56,580 nucleotides of DNA from an uncultured Candidatus Saccharimonas sp. (GTDB taxonomy: Bacteria; Patescibacteriota; Saccharimonadia; Saccharimonadales; Saccharimonadaceae). Both the position numbers and the translations under genes were made by a program. Positions 54,572 through 56,580 of the stretch are shown here, in pieces. Under the pieces are notes generated by a model. It was not told where the DNA came from. It did not search any database and saw only the letters and a program-made list of their open reading frames with translations. The stretch lies in contig CAYXMZ010000001.1 in assembly GCA_964466345.1 (NCBI GenBank), positions 1-56,580 of the forward strand, given 5' to 3'. Numbering within the stretch: the first letter of the stretch is position 1; the number at the start of each line of letters is the position of its first letter.

Positions 54572-55828
54572 ATGAAAAAGCGTTTTTTTAATAAGAACTT
54601 TTTGTGGGGAGCGGCTGTTGCAGCGCATCAAGTTGAGGGCGGTAACGAATACAATCAGTGGACCATATGGGAACGTGACAATGCCGAGAGGCTAGCAAAA
54701 AAAGCAGAAAAAAGGCTCAGCAATCTTGATAGTTGGCCTATAATAAAAAACCAAGCTCAAAACCCTGAAAACTATATTTCTGGTAAAGCAGTAGACCACT
54801 TTGATTTATATAAAGAAGATTTTAGTTTATTAGAAGAACTACATTTTAATGCTTTTCGTTTTAGTGTTGAATGGTCACGGGTAGAGCCAAGAGAAGGTGA
54901 ATTTGACTATAAAGCAATTGAATATTATAGAAAATACATAGCTGAATTGAAGAAAAGAAATATCGAGCCAGTTGTAACTTTATTTCACTTTACTTTACCA
55001 AATTGGTTTGTCGAAAAAGGTGGTTTTGAAAAACTTCGAAACAGCAAATATTTTGTGCGTTTTACCAGAAAAATTATGTCTGAATTAAGAGGTGACGTAC
55101 GTTATATTATTACTATCAACGAGCCTGAAATTTATGCCTCAAGTGTATACCAACATAAGAAATGGCCGGCATTAAGACATGGCGTCTTACGAACTTTTGG
55201 CATAATGTTATGTTTGGCCTATAGTCATAAAAAAGTTTATAAAGCCTTGCGTAAAATAGATTCACGATTTTTAATATCAATTTCCAAAAATTCAGTTTAT
55301 TATTATGCCGGAGACGATGCACTACTAAGTCGTCTTGGAGCAAAAATTTATCGTTTTTTCCAAGACTATCTTGTTATTGGCATGTTTATTCGTCACTGTG
55401 ATTTTTTGGGTGTTAATTATTACTTTAGTAACCGGGTTGATAAGTTCCATATTAATAATTCGAACCAGTTATCGAGCGACCTTGGATATGATATGGACCC
55501 GGCCGATATACAGTTTGTTTTGCAGAGTTTATATAAAAAATATCATAAGCCTATATTTATTACTGAAAATGGTCTTGCCGATAGTCAAGATCAATATCGT
55601 CAATGGTGGATAGAACAAACTGTAGCTGGTATGCGTGTAGCTATTTTGAGTGGGGTAAAATTAATTGGCTATTTACACTGGAGTTTACTAGATAATTTTG
55701 AGTGGTCTTACGGTAAATGGCCACGATTTGGCTTAGTAGAGGTAAGTTATCGTACTATGAAACGGAAACTTAGACCAAGTGCGATTTGGTTTGGTGAATT
55801 TGTCAAAAAAACGCGAGGGTTAAAATAA
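54572..55828 (+). CDS. glycoside hydrolase family 1 (beta-glucosidase/6-phospho-beta-glucosidase-like)
   Basis: FLWGAAVAAHQVEGG, acid/base TINEPE, nucleophile ITENG and W..LDNFEW. ATG at 54572 lies 9 nt after TATACT at 54557-54562. Confidence 0.88.
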   Translation: MKKRFFNKNFLWGAAVAAHQVEGGNEYNQWTIWERDNAERLAKKAEKRLSNLDSWPIIKNQAQNPENYISGKAVDHFDLYKEDFSLLEELHFNAFRFSVEWSRVEPREGEFDYKAIEYYRKYIAELKKRNIEPVVTLFHFTLPNWFVEKGGFEKLRNSKYFVRFTRKIMSELRGDVRYIITINEPEIYASSVYQHKKWPALRHGVLRTFGIMLCLAYSHKKVYKALRKIDSRFLISISKNSVYYYAGDDALLSRLGAKIYRFFQDYLVIGMFIRHCDFLGVNYYFSNRVDKFHINNSNQLSSDLGYDMDPADIQFVLQSLYKKYHKPIFITENGLADSQDQYRQWWIEQTVAGMRVAILSGVKLIGYLHWSLLDNFEWSYGKWPRFGLVEVSYRTMKRKLRPSAIWFGEFVKKTRGLK

Positions 55829-56580
55829 TGGACAGTCCATTTGAAAAAAGTTACGTTAAAATCACGGTTATAGGTGGAGGGACTGGTAGTTTTACTCTAT
55901 TGCAAGCGCTCAAAAAATATACTAAGCAGTTAGCGGCAGTAGTAAATATGTCCGACGATGGTGGAAGTACGGGTGCATTACGAGACGAGCTAGGTGTGTT
56001 ACCGCCAGGTGATGTGCGACAATGTTTAGTCGCTCTTAGTAAATCACCACTTATGCGTGAGTTGTTTAGTTATCGGTTTGAAGAGGGTACTTTTAAAGGA
56101 CATGCTTTTGGTAATATTTTTCTTACTGCGCTTGAAAAAACTACAGGTAGTTTTGACGAAGCGGTGGCAGCAGCTTCTGATATATTGAGTATCAGTGGTA
56201 AAGTAATTCCAGCTACATTGGATAATATACGATTAAAAATGAAGTGGCCAGGAGCCAGTATTATCTTGAATGGCCAAAGAACTATATCAAGTGATTATTT
56301 TAAACTTGATCCGCGTCGTGCGATTTTATCACTAATACCTAATGCAAAACCGAATCTTATGGCAATTGCAGCGATCGAACAGGCGGATATAGTGATAATA
56401 TCTCCCGGTGATTTGTATTCATCACTAGGTCCATTATTGGTTATAGATGGTATTGGTGAAGCCTTAGTAAAAACCAAAGCTATAAAAGTCTATGTATCTA
56501 ATCTAGTAACAAAATATGGCCAAACAGGGGGTTTTACAGTTGCAGATCATGCAAATGAAGTTGAGCGTTTCGCAAAAGCA
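55828..56580 (+). CDS. yvcK: YvcK/CofD-family protein (UPF0052, gluconeogenesis-factor-like), 3'-truncated by the window end
   Basis: Not in the ORF track because no stop lies in the window. The frame is open for 251 codons. ITVIGGGTGSFTLLQAL and MSDDGGSTGALRDELGVLPPGDVRQCLVAL. There is a TAATG junction with the GH1 gene. Confidence 0.85.
   Translation, partial: MDSPFEKSYVKITVIGGGTGSFTLLQALKKYTKQLAAVVNMSDDGGSTGALRDELGVLPPGDVRQCLVALSKSPLMRELFSYRFEEGTFKGHAFGNIFLTALEKTTGSFDEAVAAASDILSISGKVIPATLDNIRLKMKWPGASIILNGQRTISSDYFKLDPRRAILSLIPNAKPNLMAIAAIEQADIVIISPGDLYSSLGPLLVIDGIGEALVKTKAIKVYVSNLVTKYGQTGGFTVADHANEVERFAKA

Noticed and set aside
330-56477. About 55 short ORFs (60-170 aa) in the supplied track that lie antisense to, or out of frame within, the large annotated genes. 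Examples are 6..263(-), 330..590(-), 3380..3574(-), 11441..11947(-), 15275..15577(-), 23268..23585(-), 25625..25807(+), 35543..35836(+) and 55335..55613(+).
   Set aside because: Each is fully embedded in a longer ORF with unmistakable family motifs. Their translations are low-complexity or hydrophobic mirror sequences, typical of the non-coding frames of AT-rich genes. None has an independent promoter or ribosome-binding signal that I could see.
1-56580. A search for mobile elements, defence islands, toxin-antitoxin pairs, restriction-modification genes, CRISPR repeats, tRNA and rRNA genes.
   Set aside because: None was recognised. No integrase, transposase or recombinase motifs were seen, and no arrays of regularly spaced repeats. 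No cloverleaf-compatible segments occur in the few intergenic gaps: the GTTCGAA at 26851-26857 lacks a T-stem, and the 26694-26708 hairpin lacks the other tRNA arms. The two methyltransferases look like RNA or protein methylases (Trm11-like and PrmC) rather than R-M components.

Overview
This is an AT-rich, very gene-dense 56.6-kb chromosomal segment with about 66 CDS, most of them on the + strand. Many neighbouring genes overlap by 1-30 nt, often as ATGA or TAATG junctions. The content is almost entirely housekeeping:
- Translation: serS, glyQS, ileS, proS, prfA, prfB, prmC, frr, tsf, hpf, and ribosomal proteins S2, S21, L21, L27 and L31.
- Secretion and envelope: secA, lepB, rseP, an LCP ligase, murD and uppS.
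- Division: ftsE, ftsX, a coiled-coil CHAP hydrolase, ctp, ftsA and ftsZ.
- Segregation and repair: parA, parB, recO, xseA, xseB, uvrB, rnhA and a PIF1-like helicase.
- Central carbon: a compact non-oxidative pentose-phosphate/aldolase island with rpiB, an rpe-like gene, a split transketolase, fba, tal and a pfkB kinase.

I saw no rRNA, tRNA, CRISPR array, transposase, integrase or recognisable defence cassette. TGA is used as a stop codon and both RF1 and RF2 are present, so the genetic code looks standard.

The gene content points to a reduced-genome, monoderm-type bacterium, probably Patescibacteria/CPR and Saccharibacteria-like. The supporting features are the split transketolase, IleRS type 2, a mini ProRS, loss of pyrH and cdsA from the rpsB-rseP cluster, sensor-less and output-less two-component proteins, and Firmicute-like synteny. 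This placement is inference, not a database result.

The observations most worth following up are:
1. A structured, T-box-like leader in the only long intergenic gap, upstream of ileS. It has an AUC-presenting hairpin, a UGGU-containing bulged helix, and a 7-nt anti-SD/SD complementarity.
2. A recurrent leaderless or near-leaderless layout. Extended -10 boxes (TGnTATAAT-like) sit 6-12 nt upstream of the start codons of about 18 genes, and this moves several ORF-track starts.
3. An NrdR homologue with none of the four Zn-ribbon cysteines, followed by a cysteine-free thioredoxin-fold ORF.
4. An uncharacterised 164-aa protein paired with a LOG/SLOG-superfamily protein at the end of the pentose-phosphate island.

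I did not find a clear-cut novel multi-gene system. The rest of the window is ordinary core genome.
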